From positions 51,391-115,390 of IMG/VR virus record IMGVR_UViG_3300025789_000024: a stretch of DNA of 64,000 nt; one strand, written 5' to 3'. Numbering within the stretch: position 1 is the first letter of the stretch; every line of letters begins with the position of its first letter. This document shows, piece after piece, positions 15,001 through 21,162 of the stretch. The notes below the pieces were generated by a model that saw only the letters and a program-made list of their open reading frames with translations, had not been told where the DNA came from and ran no database searches. Source of the DNA: a virus. Both the position numbers and the translations under genes were made by a program.

Positions 15001-18000
15001 CATTGACAAACGTAAATCCAAGTGCAGACCAAACTATGATGTTTGCATATAGTGCTTCTAACCCAAATCCAGCTGCATTACGCAACATCATTTATGCAAA
15101 TGGTATTTGGATTACTGTTGGTGATACTGGTACTATCAAAACATCTAGCAACGGATTGACTTGGATTACTCAAACGTCAGGTACAACACAAAACTTGCAT
15201 TCAGTAGTTTGGAACAACACATTATCAACATTTACAGTAGTGGGTGATAACAACACAATTATTCAATCTACAAATAATGGTGTAACCTGGTCAAGTATAT
15301 CTGTATTCACCGTTCCCCCTACAGTATATGATGTTCAAGGTGCTGCATTCCCATATGGTTATGGTCCAGAAGAATTAGTTCCTGGGGTAGTAACTGACAC
15401 ACTAGCAATGACTGTTATTTCACGTCCTGGTACATTGTGGCCAGTAGTTGAGTATTCAAATGCAGGATATGCAACTTACTCATTGCAATTAACACCAACA
15501 TCGGCAAGTCAAAAATTGTATAGTTTTGCAAGTGCATCACATTATCCAGCGCAGATTCGTGTGCAAGTACTTGATGCAAACACACAATTGGGAACCACAT
15601 TAGATGCAAGCCAATATACGGTTGATTGGATAAACAAAACATTAACATTGAACAACGCATTGGTGTTTATTCCTACTCCACAACAACTAAGAATTGATGT
15701 GTATGAAGTTGGTAATGGTAACCAACTAGTTAAATCTAATACAGATAGCGATCCTATTAGAATTAATACTAATACAGGCTTTAACGAAATTTATCTAGAT
15801 TGCAACTATAGTCAAAATATCTATAACGGTAGCGGGGTAATTCAACCGGGCACATACCCGATCAACACATTAGCGACACAAACCTTTAGTGGAACTAATT
15901 ATATTGTTTGTACAAGTATTAACAACATCGTACTAAATTCACCAATCTCATTCTTGGGTGATGTGTTTGGTGGTGTTACTGAAGGTACGCAATACTATGT
16001 AAAATCTATTAGTACTGCTACAAATGAAATCACAATTTCAGCAACTTATAATAGTGTAACTGGTCAAGCAGGTCCTACACTTGCATTGACTGATGCTACA
16101 GGCAGCATGGATGTTGCAATTGAAATTGGTAATGGTTTAGTTTGGACTCCCCCAATTGTTTATTTAAACGGTACACAATTGGTAATGGGTGTTACAAATA
16201 ATGTTATTGCTACTAAATCAGGAACAAATGTCATCACTACTAACTCTACTAGTGGTTTGATTGTTGGTACTCCAATTATGTTCAGTAGTTCAATCTTTGG
16301 TGGAGTGATTCAACCATTGACAACTTACTATATCAAGAGTATCGTTGATGGGTTTGATTTAACAATTAGTGCAACATTGAACGGTCCGACATTAGTATTA
16401 ACTAATGCAAACGGCGGCGCAAGTTTTGTAACTAACGACTATGCATTTGATATTCAACCTAACGGTATACAAGCAAAAATGGTCTTTAGTAATGCAAATT
16501 ACAATGACGAATCTGATTACATTGTTTATTCTGTATTTGGACAAACAGAACCAACACAAGTTGGATATACACTGCCAACTGTGCAAGAAATTGTTGCTAA
16601 CGGTCAAACATCTTCATTCAACTTGATTAATTATTTAGGTGGTACCAACCCATACAATGCAATTGTTGAAATTAACGGGGTAAGACAAACTATTTCTCAA
16701 TACACGATTAGTCCATCTGCAAAAACAATTAACTTTGTTTCAGTTCCTGCAAATGGCGCTGTGATAACAGTTACGACATTTAATGATACACAACAACAGT
16801 ATCTAACTACTCAGTACGGTATTACTGGTACGCCTGGATCACAATTCATTGATTTGACAGTTGGAGCCACAACTAATACAATAGTTACATATGATCAAGG
16901 CGGCACCGCAGGCTGGGATAGTAATGGTTCTGTAAACGCCGGATCATTTGTGATTGGTACAGAATATGAAATCACCACAGTTGGTACAACTAACTGGGTA
17001 GCAATTGGTGCAAGTTCCAACAATGTTGGCATTGTATTCGTTGCTACTGGAGCAGGTTCGGGCACTGGTGTTGCATTGGCAGTTGGTCTGTTCCAAGAAA
17101 ATTACAACTACTTAACATTATCATCAGGTACAACTGCATCATTGCAAGTTAATAACAGTTTGGTGTTTAGTAATGGCATCGGTGGTATTGTTGCAGGTGT
17201 AACTTATTATGTAACTCAAATTATTAACAGTACTCAATTTGTAATTTCTACACAAGTAGGTGGACAACCATTAACATTAACAAATGCAACAGGGTCAATG
17301 CTTGCAACTGCTAATGGATTAACAGTGGCACCTATTATTAATGTGTCAAACCAAATTACTCCTCCTCTAGCAGTTACATTTGCAAGTAATACTACATCAG
17401 GCACAAATAGAATCACAGTTACAAGTACTGCAGGATTTGCAGTTGGTGCAACGGCTATGTTCCAAGGCACAAGTTTTGGTAATGTAGCAACAGACGGCAC
17501 AGTATACTTTGTTAGTACAATAGTAGATGGTACACATTTTACTATCATGGATCAACAAGGAAACACAATTACATTGACAACTGCTTCAGGAAATATGCAA
17601 GTTACAATTGGTGGACAACCGGCAATTCGTGTGACTACAAGTATTCCTAATTATTTCAACTTGAATCAATTGGTAAACATTAGCGGTACTACTGGTTCAG
17701 TGCAGTTAAATGATCAAGCATACTACGCTAGAGTTATTAATAACACTACTTTTGATTTATATTATCAACCATATAATTCAGGTATTGGTTATGTAAATTA
17801 TCCTGTAACAACATGCGCGGCGTACACAGGTGGTGGCTATACTTGGAGATCAGGTGTGTTTGTATTATCAACTGCAACTGCAACTGCAACAACAGCTACT
17901 AATGGTATTATTACGGTAGCTAACACTTCTAATTTAGTACAAGGTACTCCTGTGCTATTCAACCAAGTAGGTTCATTGCCCGGAGATGTTATTTTAGGCG

Positions 18001-19103
18001 GATTGATTCAAGGAACAACATATTATATTGGTACTATCTTTAATGGTACACAATTCAATGTAACAAGTTCATTATATGGAAGTACAGTTCCGTTGAGTAC
18101 CGCTAGTGGTAGCATGAATATGGTACAGTGGGTACAAGGTAATGTTGATCGCTTGTGGGTAACTGTGAACGGATTGCGTGTACCTTCAAGCGATCTGCGT
18201 GTAAATGAATACAATGAAGTAAGTATCTTGACACAGATCGTTCCGGGCGATGAAGTAATTATCAGTAACATGATCCCTCAAGCAACTCCTAACGAAATGG
18301 TCTACTTAAATCTAGTTGACGCTGTAGGTGATCAACAAGTATTCAGAGCAAATTCAAATACTAGAACATGGTTAACTCAACCAATCTATGATTTGAGTAC
18401 TACAATCTATGTTGATGACGTTACTAGAATTACCAACAACGTTGTGCAAAACACGATTGTTCCTGCTGAAACTAACGGTTACTATTATGTTGGATTGAAT
18501 GCTAATAAGAACAGTATTTCTAGCATTACGGTATTTGACGCAACTACAAATACGACAGTAAATTCTAGTGCATATGAACTTGTTATCATAGATGCTGCGC
18601 CGCAAATTAAGATTGCTGGTACCGCAGTCTCAGCAGGAAACCAATTGATCATTACAATCCTTGAAGGTAATGTAATCATGGTTAACGGTGAGCAAATTAC
18701 CTTCAGTACAATTAATCCAACAATTACTGCTCAAAGCATTGTTTCAGGACAACAATATAAGATTGTATCAGTTGGAAGCACCAATTTTATTAGCGTCGGG
18801 GCAAGTGCCAACACTGTCGGAATCACCTTTACTGCAACTAATGACGGAACAATGTTAACAGGCACCGGTACGGTCATCGCAGTCAACGGCATATCTGGGT
18901 TGCAACGTGGTGCAAATGGTACTGCAAGACAACCAGTAATATCAACTTATACTGAAGTATATGGTATGTTGCCAAGCGACATGCTGTCAGACATATACTA
19001 CAATGAAACTTGGAATTCATATGTTTATAATGCTACTTTGGGTGATCCATTACAAATTAGTAACACGGTTCCAGCAGAATTCTTAAATACGGATGTTTCC
19101 TAA
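3..19103 (+). CDS. Giant virion structural protein (baseplate wedge/tail-fibre-like), >6360 aa, 5'-truncated by the window
   Basis: The frame of the 78..19103 ORF is open back to position 3 (CAA ACT AAT CTT...), so the true start is upstream of the window. Very Thr/Ser/Gly/Val-rich. Contains FG-GAP-like motifs (NFGSSLATDYYGQTLFVGAP), Asp-box motifs (SxDGxxW), ~15 'GG...YY.V..I...F.IS...GG' repeats and 4 'TVGTTDF.AIGA' modules. Followed by tail-type genes. Confidence 0.8.
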   Translation, partial: QTNLYTRNVYGVENNGAEQGFVTFTVPAADAQNQYVFPNSGVSLDLVCTTPFADVNGKLLSSLGSIDGVTSLQGLQIMFYNTGVTNETGYVQTYFDENSYDTNNNSLVQPLTVTVNQVASNVLTLASGLNAQLQVNSTITFDNPTFGGVTAGTVYFVNSLVGTTGFTISATLGGTTLSLTNGTGLMTANINQGLLEEGFYTPVANNFYTIEYIGDPANPVIRLVPSGVIPTNQTITPKFGTQYNNLPFYRNTVGTISEIPYISAPLDTLYYQDGTNSDSVGVIKLIESNLSNTLDVDTQILGQKSFTSTNGVVFTNGLKVSFNGDVIPTGYLNGEYYVEGVGTAIELVSIDSLICPESFTEAIYNPYDFTNYDEGNWDLTDFVPVLPDYITIARNSISKNAWSRSNRWFHIDVINATASYNNNPEIPSIYATASAKAQRPIIEFYPNLQLFNSGTIGKQAIDFYDTRTTDALTQVVDQQNYYPDIEVYSAYTATIAGVTNATTTTITVQASDVTGTLQQYQYITDSTNLLPRNTQILSITGTTTLTLTVAWTNATSFNTTAVASIVASETTVNNYALFSGARVIFSADPAVSNVVFVANLSTLTTGSTPVITLTPAEDSPCLTNEQVAVLRGYYNHGTTYYYTGAGWLEAQEKTNVNMSPYFDIFDSNGISLGDTSVYQSTTFKGTTLFQYGIGAGAIDSILGFPLAYSSIENQGDIQFDVTFNSDTFNYVTGATPITENVNTGYVYNYNIDQTYVRQIGWQTAVSPSVQYQVFDFSVPALSGTTAFNCDIAPMSSSETNWPTVQVYVNNTYINSANYTVTTTATTTTITINSAYIPVTDCVVQILILSDQVSSTAYYQTPINLNNNPLNTDITVANVGDIRNQYQSIFYNNPYTTGDVFGPNNYRDLGDVVPYGNAIIQNSASLVIPGALLRVPNHNLFNALLYNSREYVNYKQLIVSTVSNTSFTQTYNPAQILDIALAQITQAKSSDQSFFWSDMIPSNAPYRTNTYTFNNALDTSIYPLSQVYNFETSNYNGVLVYRTTALNGYQTVTEQLVKGQDYVVSTTAPSLEVTIALNAGDTITINEYNKTYGSYAPNTPTKLGLYPSFIPSVVLDSDYIVPTYFIMGHDGSYTKLYGAYTDGVLQDYRDQALLEFETRVYNNLKLSNTIPIQAYDLIPGYFRQSSQQYSNSEWLEMYTPSFLNWIGQNRLNYKTQYYNANDEFTYNYKNSANKLNGTVIEQGYWRGVYQYFYDTTTPNETPWEMLYYPDQPSWWTERYGPAPYTSDNLVLWDDIANGVRWDNGVPVTVPELARPSLLNILPVDSAGNLVSPFVSIVGNYSPGTFQKDWVVGDDGPTELSYRRSSTWPFDLMRLQALMKPAEFFNLGVWVDNYKYNAEFNQYLVNNRSHLVPNEIPIYGSGTPVTSYLNWIVDFEKQQGIDATTNLTTLFNNLDVRLIYRLAGFSDQNQLAFYVEKASPNTTSSSLLIPNESYGILLYDNQPFDRIPYSSVIIQQNDGYYTVFGNAQQFAYFTVLNPVYDNQYEIVDINSIQVKIAKNYSTKETIVPYGTAFYSQQELAQFLVSYGKWLQSKGMVFEDIQNGLAVTWNQMVAEFLYWAQTGWGAGSVITLNPAATLLTIDKVDCVVQPLTIQDQNFVLNQNLYPIQLKDMCIERNDTQFTLHALNQGDTFSYAQFDLGNFEHGIVFDNTTLFNDTIYNLVTGLRQNRINVRGTKTADWNGTVNAWGFILNQDNVREWNNTLKYTKGQIVLYKNKYWVAQRVIEPTATFNQQDWKETNYSAVQTGLLPNPSTRSFESALYYDTNTRNLSQDANLLSYSLIGYRPRDYLATADLTDVTQINVYKNMIKSKGTNLAINAFKGVTLPQGGIDYTVYENWAIKQGEFGGVANNNFVQFKVNQANMTGDPSIFSLTNGVYTQGSMQEIPIYSLYNYGHNITDPNILLTTNSAEPNSTNIYPDAGYVNFNDVKMSSYFYSGLPRATNIGGQIVPIQNFYVRDYVWMANFLNTWNVYSFKPIGQVVQVRNNLNNTATVVFAAPHGLKKLQPLAIVNFASNVDGYYIVTQVVDLTTVIINLNVQATNQNTLTGQGIGLIFETQRAAKPSEIGLLDLTEADFITNTVWVDENTDGNWAVYQKTINYDYQQQVTKEGATNFGSAVAYSPQMGYLVSDASQGNVYRYVYDAVASTATGSPVYDLSQTLSGGTSFGTTIIHKNNIFVISEPTSGTPKVYIYALNSSTVSTAILTYQTAISAPGGVTNWGSSLAMSGDNNWLYISDIANNNVYVYRREQILLNAGYFVTGQTYTIETVGTTDFTAIGAIANAVGITFVATGAGTGTGTAMQVTYAQSTVISGASTAGSVSGDNFGSSLATDYYGQTLFVGAPDVNYSSTIENWGSVYAYQRTVQNVEAQQTSTVGQVQSFTLGWTPAAGATRTASATNGSTNYITCNAAMTGFAVNQPVVFGDILTATAAGSFVIGKSYKITTVGTTDFTAIGASSNSVGVIFTATGVGSGTGTATQTTNLANSGIKPNVVYYIASISGSTISIKTSRSSTTPVQLTTASGLSFGVYVQVDPLYVTVNGTLVQDNNYGVIGSQFVYSGALQAGDIINISDNQYTLVQNFNSQFNDRTGTHYGYAMDMNTFGTETIIGSPFEINDTTGEEGAAYRYTNAGAKYGVVIGTNDCTLNSAGVIFINGYLVFLSAGNATGIANQINASNVPNVQASATANNTLIIQLIDTALAPVSQQLLISVVDETVLTQLGIDVFVNTQVLVSPYVNGPTEFGTAIKFNESDSVVISAPVGTRYEFTSFDFTDNGTPDLDTIFDNNATRFVESYPNAGAVYMYDYLGNYNENVGNSGQFVFAQSTNSQNTSYGFNPLYGASLDFNNNTVIVGSPDFLPGVADGQVVIYTNATGMQDWGIYRQSAPVVDINSISNTQLFSATTNNTLVNLDYIDPLQGKILGAVRENLDFVTNTDPARYNSNLASQTGYVWGANEVGKTWFNTNNVRFVNYHQNDVVYNSKYWGSVFPGSDVAVYTWVASNVPPNNYQGPGTPLDVTLYAISSTINASSVVVPIYYFWVRNSNLIFSETGKTLSDTILAQYIANPRGSGISFMAPLLPNTFAIYNGLSYFNGTDTVFNIAYSTNSDSGSDIYHQQFAIIKENSASDFLPGFPQYAYVSSTLSDPSGLYLRFVNSLAGCDDAGGVVPDPYLPLRVQSGVQVRPRQSFFLDRFLALKNYLTFANEVLVQYPIVELRENLDFLYTVGDINPGTGLPYYDTTNYWTFVNWWAPGYSDNTRSVLQVPLYADLAALNVSSGTIVTVEQNGVGKFEVYTTDGLGTWTRIGLQQGTIQFSSALWDYSSAGLGFGGNFFDTNVFDLYPSEETRYIIRALNEQIYINDLLIYRNKSLILMFEYIQSETTSSQNFLPWLNKTSLVDVSHKIRELLPLEVYQGDNEVFLEGYLNEVKPYHVTIKQFSFNYTGTDVFQGDITDFDVPSQWNNIYQEFISPELVYTLPNNEYEYLPTDPIWQTAPYSQWYQNYGVSLTGQDNYNITTLVSYLTPSSRSIIVDNANGFPINGTITIDGEQIGYSYVDRAKNQLSGLVRGYNSTTITNHIPGAKIYIDLPAVLLLSGGAGYTNPPRVTAYIDETQYPAPRTPAVLEAVMNLDSVLSINVINPGSGYAVLPTIVIDPSATIYFADTQVNSVLHTITVYAPELVTGLEVQYFDDTATGNGIGELSNGQWYYINVLEDNPTAVVALYTTYSNAVNDKNRVPLFTNGSGNSFSINLGARASAISTAYPVRENAIRIKFDRTTYTSQVLDWESGAYYGAFFAGSYRNNEDYSSSDILLPFSQATATPPVSFMTAASGGGVVFEISEVDNQQQVEWSSFVRYVGSTVAANNSIKLIPQDGNNDPNNPQPNASGTTVGFYVGMPVQFAGPGIGGLVGTTTSDPIIYYVHSIIDELYFTVSTTVGGDVVTLTNATVGAAGLQCLTASVVNTAVLTVNYPGILTVTNTSAGTNVLTVPTSAIGTGGTNGFYVGIPLVFTGETFGGIVANQVYYVSTIIDEENFTVSSNDKPLQATVYSVSSSNNHVTVSSTTGMDVNDPVIFNNMIISGVSGILFGNIHSGVTYYISQIVDGTTITISQYVNGLVFNPGTVAASGTTSALVTDQASSSQLSTATGNMTMNVNLPISPGQVNGQAFNLYETSQQYPNIATGVISELIGNTVNATVATTNLVAFSNQQPTQFMYVNMPVRFNTAIGGLSTNTTYWIKSLGVISVNCTTTSSSTNQITCSSTTSLYTGMPIVFTGVSLGGITIGQTYFVKTIVDSTHFTISATSGGSALVLYTSNGEMVGTGDPYMTVSTSLGGSVVSLSASTAGSSFVQYPTATPTFDISYAVGGYLAIVNSAATGFAINNVITIDGQFVGGTTPANNVTLTVNTIGTNGEITSVIASGTVPSVSNTYYLEVTSPNTLAVYSNPLLTVPVSGLDFPYVGFTETTVVQTQSTGNIVVADASGFNLYDPIVFTGNVQGNLNVGTAYYISNIVGTTITLSATPGGSAITSVTTNTSTNFTMAKTGSFAVLPQPFYFNQSIVKYNNQVYQCIISNNDSEFIFGKWQLLDSNSSLLNAMDRVMGYYQPTADMPGVDLTQLFEGVTYPNSTYYGNQFAPANQYPVDTILQDQPFYPTDVNITGIIWNGVNYFATSNLPTYSAVLISHDGVTWSIDTLANIDVDATSILYAGGMYVLTTTNSATPIYRSNDGFSWTTNGYYTPYSDQPYDTTQYDSTAINVAQLALQDITYSNGYYIAVGDNIVRSADTYNWVEVPLFPSSLNSYEFYAITKAVLPSFNGLVAVGGGTRPDVISGVTESVSTNVIFYSTNDGLSWTQINSITPNTFYGVASNSSLIIAVGSAGVIYYSNNGGSWLGLNEVQVLSTNTNTNVINVTNSAGFVLNQAVRFSQAFGGLNTTTTYYLVSINGTQVKVSTTPSGSAVTLTNVNPSADQTMMFAYSASNPNPAALRNIIYANGIWITVGDTGTIKTSSNGLTWITQTSGTTQNLHSVVWNNTLSTFTVVGDNNTIIQSTNNGVTWSSISVFTVPPTVYDVQGAAFPYGYGPEELVPGVVTDTLAMTVISRPGTLWPVVEYSNAGYATYSLQLTPTSASQKLYSFASASHYPAQIRVQVLDANTQLGTTLDASQYTVDWINKTLTLNNALVFIPTPQQLRIDVYEVGNGNQLVKSNTDSDPIRINTNTGFNEIYLDCNYSQNIYNGSGVIQPGTYPINTLATQTFSGTNYIVCTSINNIVLNSPISFLGDVFGGVTEGTQYYVKSISTATNEITISATYNSVTGQAGPTLALTDATGSMDVAIEIGNGLVWTPPIVYLNGTQLVMGVTNNVIATKSGTNVITTNSTSGLIVGTPIMFSSSIFGGVIQPLTTYYIKSIVDGFDLTISATLNGPTLVLTNANGGASFVTNDYAFDIQPNGIQAKMVFSNANYNDESDYIVYSVFGQTEPTQVGYTLPTVQEIVANGQTSSFNLINYLGGTNPYNAIVEINGVRQTISQYTISPSAKTINFVSVPANGAVITVTTFNDTQQQYLTTQYGITGTPGSQFIDLTVGATTNTIVTYDQGGTAGWDSNGSVNAGSFVIGTEYEITTVGTTNWVAIGASSNNVGIVFVATGAGSGTGVALAVGLFQENYNYLTLSSGTTASLQVNNSLVFSNGIGGIVAGVTYYVTQIINSTQFVISTQVGGQPLTLTNATGSMLATANGLTVAPIINVSNQITPPLAVTFASNTTSGTNRITVTSTAGFAVGATAMFQGTSFGNVATDGTVYFVSTIVDGTHFTIMDQQGNTITLTTASGNMQVTIGGQPAIRVTTSIPNYFNLNQLVNISGTTGSVQLNDQAYYARVINNTTFDLYYQPYNSGIGYVNYPVTTCAAYTGGGYTWRSGVFVLSTATATATTATNGIITVANTSNLVQGTPVLFNQVGSLPGDVILGGLIQGTTYYIGTIFNGTQFNVTSSLYGSTVPLSTASGSMNMVQWVQGNVDRLWVTVNGLRVPSSDLRVNEYNEVSILTQIVPGDEVIISNMIPQATPNEMVYLNLVDAVGDQQVFRANSNTRTWLTQPIYDLSTTIYVDDVTRITNNVVQNTIVPAETNGYYYVGLNANKNSISSITVFDATTNTTVNSSAYELVIIDAAPQIKIAGTAVSAGNQLIITILEGNVIMVNGEQITFSTINPTITAQSIVSGQQYKIVSVGSTNFISVGASANTVGITFTATNDGTMLTGTGTVIAVNGISGLQRGANGTARQPVISTYTEVYGMLPSDMLSDIYYNETWNSYVYNATLGDPLQISNTVPAEFLNTDVS

Positions 19104-19106
19104 ATG

Positions 19107-19113
19107 ATAAATA
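19107..19113 (+). promoter_or_regulatory. T4-late-like promoter motif ATAAATA
   Basis: ATAAATA 5 nt before the ATG at 19119; the same (N)TAAATA motif recurs upstream of many genes in the window and resembles the T4 gp55 late promoter TATAAATA. Confidence 0.6.
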
Positions 19114-19118
19114 AAGAG

Positions 19119-19274
19119 ATGAATCATATTAAATCAAAAAGTCAAGGAAATCAAGGTAAAAAACAGCTTCCTACCAAGCCAAACGAGCATGGTGGGTTCT
19201 ACTTTTCCTCTAGTATAAAGATTTTTGATCCAAATAGTAAACAAGTTTTGGTACAGAAAAGAGGGGACGTTTAA
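19119..19274 (+). CDS. Small 51-aa protein (not in ORF track), probable virion/baseplate accessory
   Basis: Manual translation MNHIKSKSQGNQGKKQLPTKPNEHGGFYFSSSIKIFDPNSKQVLVQKRGDV*. Fills the gap exactly and has a TAATG overlap with the next gene. The KIFDPNS segment resembles the N-terminus of the next protein. Confidence 0.65.
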   Translation: MNHIKSKSQGNQGKKQLPTKPNEHGGFYFSSSIKIFDPNSKQVLVQKRGDV

Positions 19275-19894
19275 TGTCTGTTATTAATTTATCCTTAAAA
19301 GTTGAGGGATTCTTGAAAATCTACGACCCCAATTCAATGGAAGTGTTTGTAGATAAGAAGAATGCCATCAACTATGAGAACATGTCGGAAGCAATTGCCG
19401 ACACCTTAAGTGATCGTGGCTACGGAGAAATCTTTCAAATGGCGTTTGGTAACGGTGCTGCATCAGTATCTGATACGGGCGTTATTACATATTTGCCCCC
19501 TAATGTAACTGGTCAAAATGCTGCATTATACAATCAAACCTATGCAAAAGTAGTGGATGACACCAACGTTCTTAATTTGGATCCTACAAGAAACAATATG
19601 ACTGTATATCATACTTCAGGCAATGTTTATACTGATATTTTGGTTCAATGTTTATTAGATTATGGCGAACCTGCAGGGCAGGCTGCATTTGATAATAGCA
19701 CCCAAACTGACTCTAGCTATGTTTTTGACGAATTGGGGCTATTGGCCAACTATGGCACAGACGCAAACGGTAACGTAATTACCAGACTGCTAACACACGT
19801 AATCTTTCACCCGGTTCAAAAATCATTGAATAGACAGATTCAGATTGATTACACAGTTAGAATTCAGGCACTTACCAACTTGGTAACGATTTAA
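19274..19894 (+). CDS. Putative baseplate/tail structural protein (206 aa)
   Basis: Lies between the giant structural protein and the tail fibre; beta-rich; C-terminal FDELGL...LLTHVIFHPVQKSLNR.I.I.Y pattern resembles tail-collar/baseplate proteins of large phages. Confidence 0.6.
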   Translation: MSVINLSLKVEGFLKIYDPNSMEVFVDKKNAINYENMSEAIADTLSDRGYGEIFQMAFGNGAASVSDTGVITYLPPNVTGQNAALYNQTYAKVVDDTNVLNLDPTRNNMTVYHTSGNVYTDILVQCLLDYGEPAGQAAFDNSTQTDSSYVFDELGLLANYGTDANGNVITRLLTHVIFHPVQKSLNRQIQIDYTVRIQALTNLVTI

Positions 19895-19895
19895 G

Positions 19896-19902
19896 ATAAA
19901 TA
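19896..19902 (+). promoter_or_regulatory. T4-late-like promoter motif ATAAATA
   Basis: ATAAATA followed by a GGAG SD upstream of the ATG at 19924. Confidence 0.6.
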
Positions 19903-19923
19903 AAGATAACGGAGTTATAGATT

Positions 19924-21153
19924 ATGGCATATACAATTGTTAAAAGCAATGGGACAGTACTTACAACCATTGCCGACGGTACTATCAATACGACTAGTAC
20001 CTCTCTTGGTTTACCGGGTAGAAATTATCCCGGATACGGTCAACCTGTAGATGAAAACTTTGTATGGTTAACTGAAAATTTTGCCAGTGCTACTCCCCCT
20101 CAAAACCCATTGACTGGACAGCTTTGGTATAACACAAATAATCAGACAATGTATATTTGTCCATCAGATGGGCAATCAAATGCAAATGCTTGGTTATCAT
20201 TGTCAGCTACACAATCAGGTGGTACTACAACATTTGGTGCTGTTAGCGTAACAGGTAATGTGTCTGCCGGCAATTTATCGGCAGTTGGTAATCTATCAGC
20301 AAACTCTACAACAACCGCATTTTTAACTGTATCAGCAAATGCTACGATTGCTAATGCTAACATCACAACTGCTAATATTGGTACATTGTATACTACAAAT
20401 ATTAGCACAGGTTCTGCAACAACAGGTGGTAATTTAACTGGTGTATGGAGCGTAACTGGCAGTGCTGGTGGTAATAATGCTGTGGCATTTAACTTCTTGC
20501 AAGGTGGTATTGCTATTAGCAATTCAGCAGGCGCAAATCTATATGGTATTGCTACTGACAAGTATATGTATGCTAATGGTACTCCTGTAAGTTTTGCTGG
20601 TACTTATAGCAACAGTAACGTTGCAGCTTATTTGCCAACATATAACGGTAATATCTTAGCAAGTAATGTACAGATGACTACATTAACAACAGGTGCAAAT
20701 ACAACAGCAGGAACTATTACAGGTAATTGGACATTAACTACCGGTTCAAGACTACAAGCAACATACGCTGACTTGGCAGAACGTTTTGAAGCAGACGATA
20801 TCTATGATCCAGGTACAGTTGTTGAATTGGGCGGCGCCGCAGAAATCACAGCAGTACAATATGATTTAAGTGAAGATGTATTTGGTGTTATTAGTGACAC
20901 AGCGGCTTATCTAATGAATGCAGGTGCAGGTAGTGATAATACTCACCCTCCAGTAGCAGTTTCAGGTCGTGTGAAGGTTAAAGTAACAGGACAAGTTAAA
21001 AAAGGTCAACGTTTAGTAAGTGCTGGTAACGGTATAGCACGTGCGGCTCAACCTACTGAAGCTACAGCATTTAACGTAATTGGCCGTGCATTAGAAAACA
21101 AAACAGACAATGGATTAGGCACAGTTGAAGCTATCGTGTCTATTACAAAATAA
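19924..21153 (+). CDS. Tail fibre protein with C-terminal intramolecular-chaperone/autoproteolytic (peptidase G2-like) domain
   Basis: N-terminal MAYTI...GRNYPGYG...ENFA...P..GQLWY anchor; Asn/Thr/Ala-rich shaft; C-terminal YADLAERFEAD..YDPGTVVELGG...GRVKVKV.G.V.KGQRLVS...IGRALE motif. Confidence 0.75.
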   Translation: MAYTIVKSNGTVLTTIADGTINTTSTSLGLPGRNYPGYGQPVDENFVWLTENFASATPPQNPLTGQLWYNTNNQTMYICPSDGQSNANAWLSLSATQSGGTTTFGAVSVTGNVSAGNLSAVGNLSANSTTTAFLTVSANATIANANITTANIGTLYTTNISTGSATTGGNLTGVWSVTGSAGGNNAVAFNFLQGGIAISNSAGANLYGIATDKYMYANGTPVSFAGTYSNSNVAAYLPTYNGNILASNVQMTTLTTGANTTAGTITGNWTLTTGSRLQATYADLAERFEADDIYDPGTVVELGGAAEITAVQYDLSEDVFGVISDTAAYLMNAGAGSDNTHPPVAVSGRVKVKVTGQVKKGQRLVSAGNGIARAAQPTEATAFNVIGRALENKTDNGLGTVEAIVSITK

Positions 21154-21162
21154 GGATAAGAA

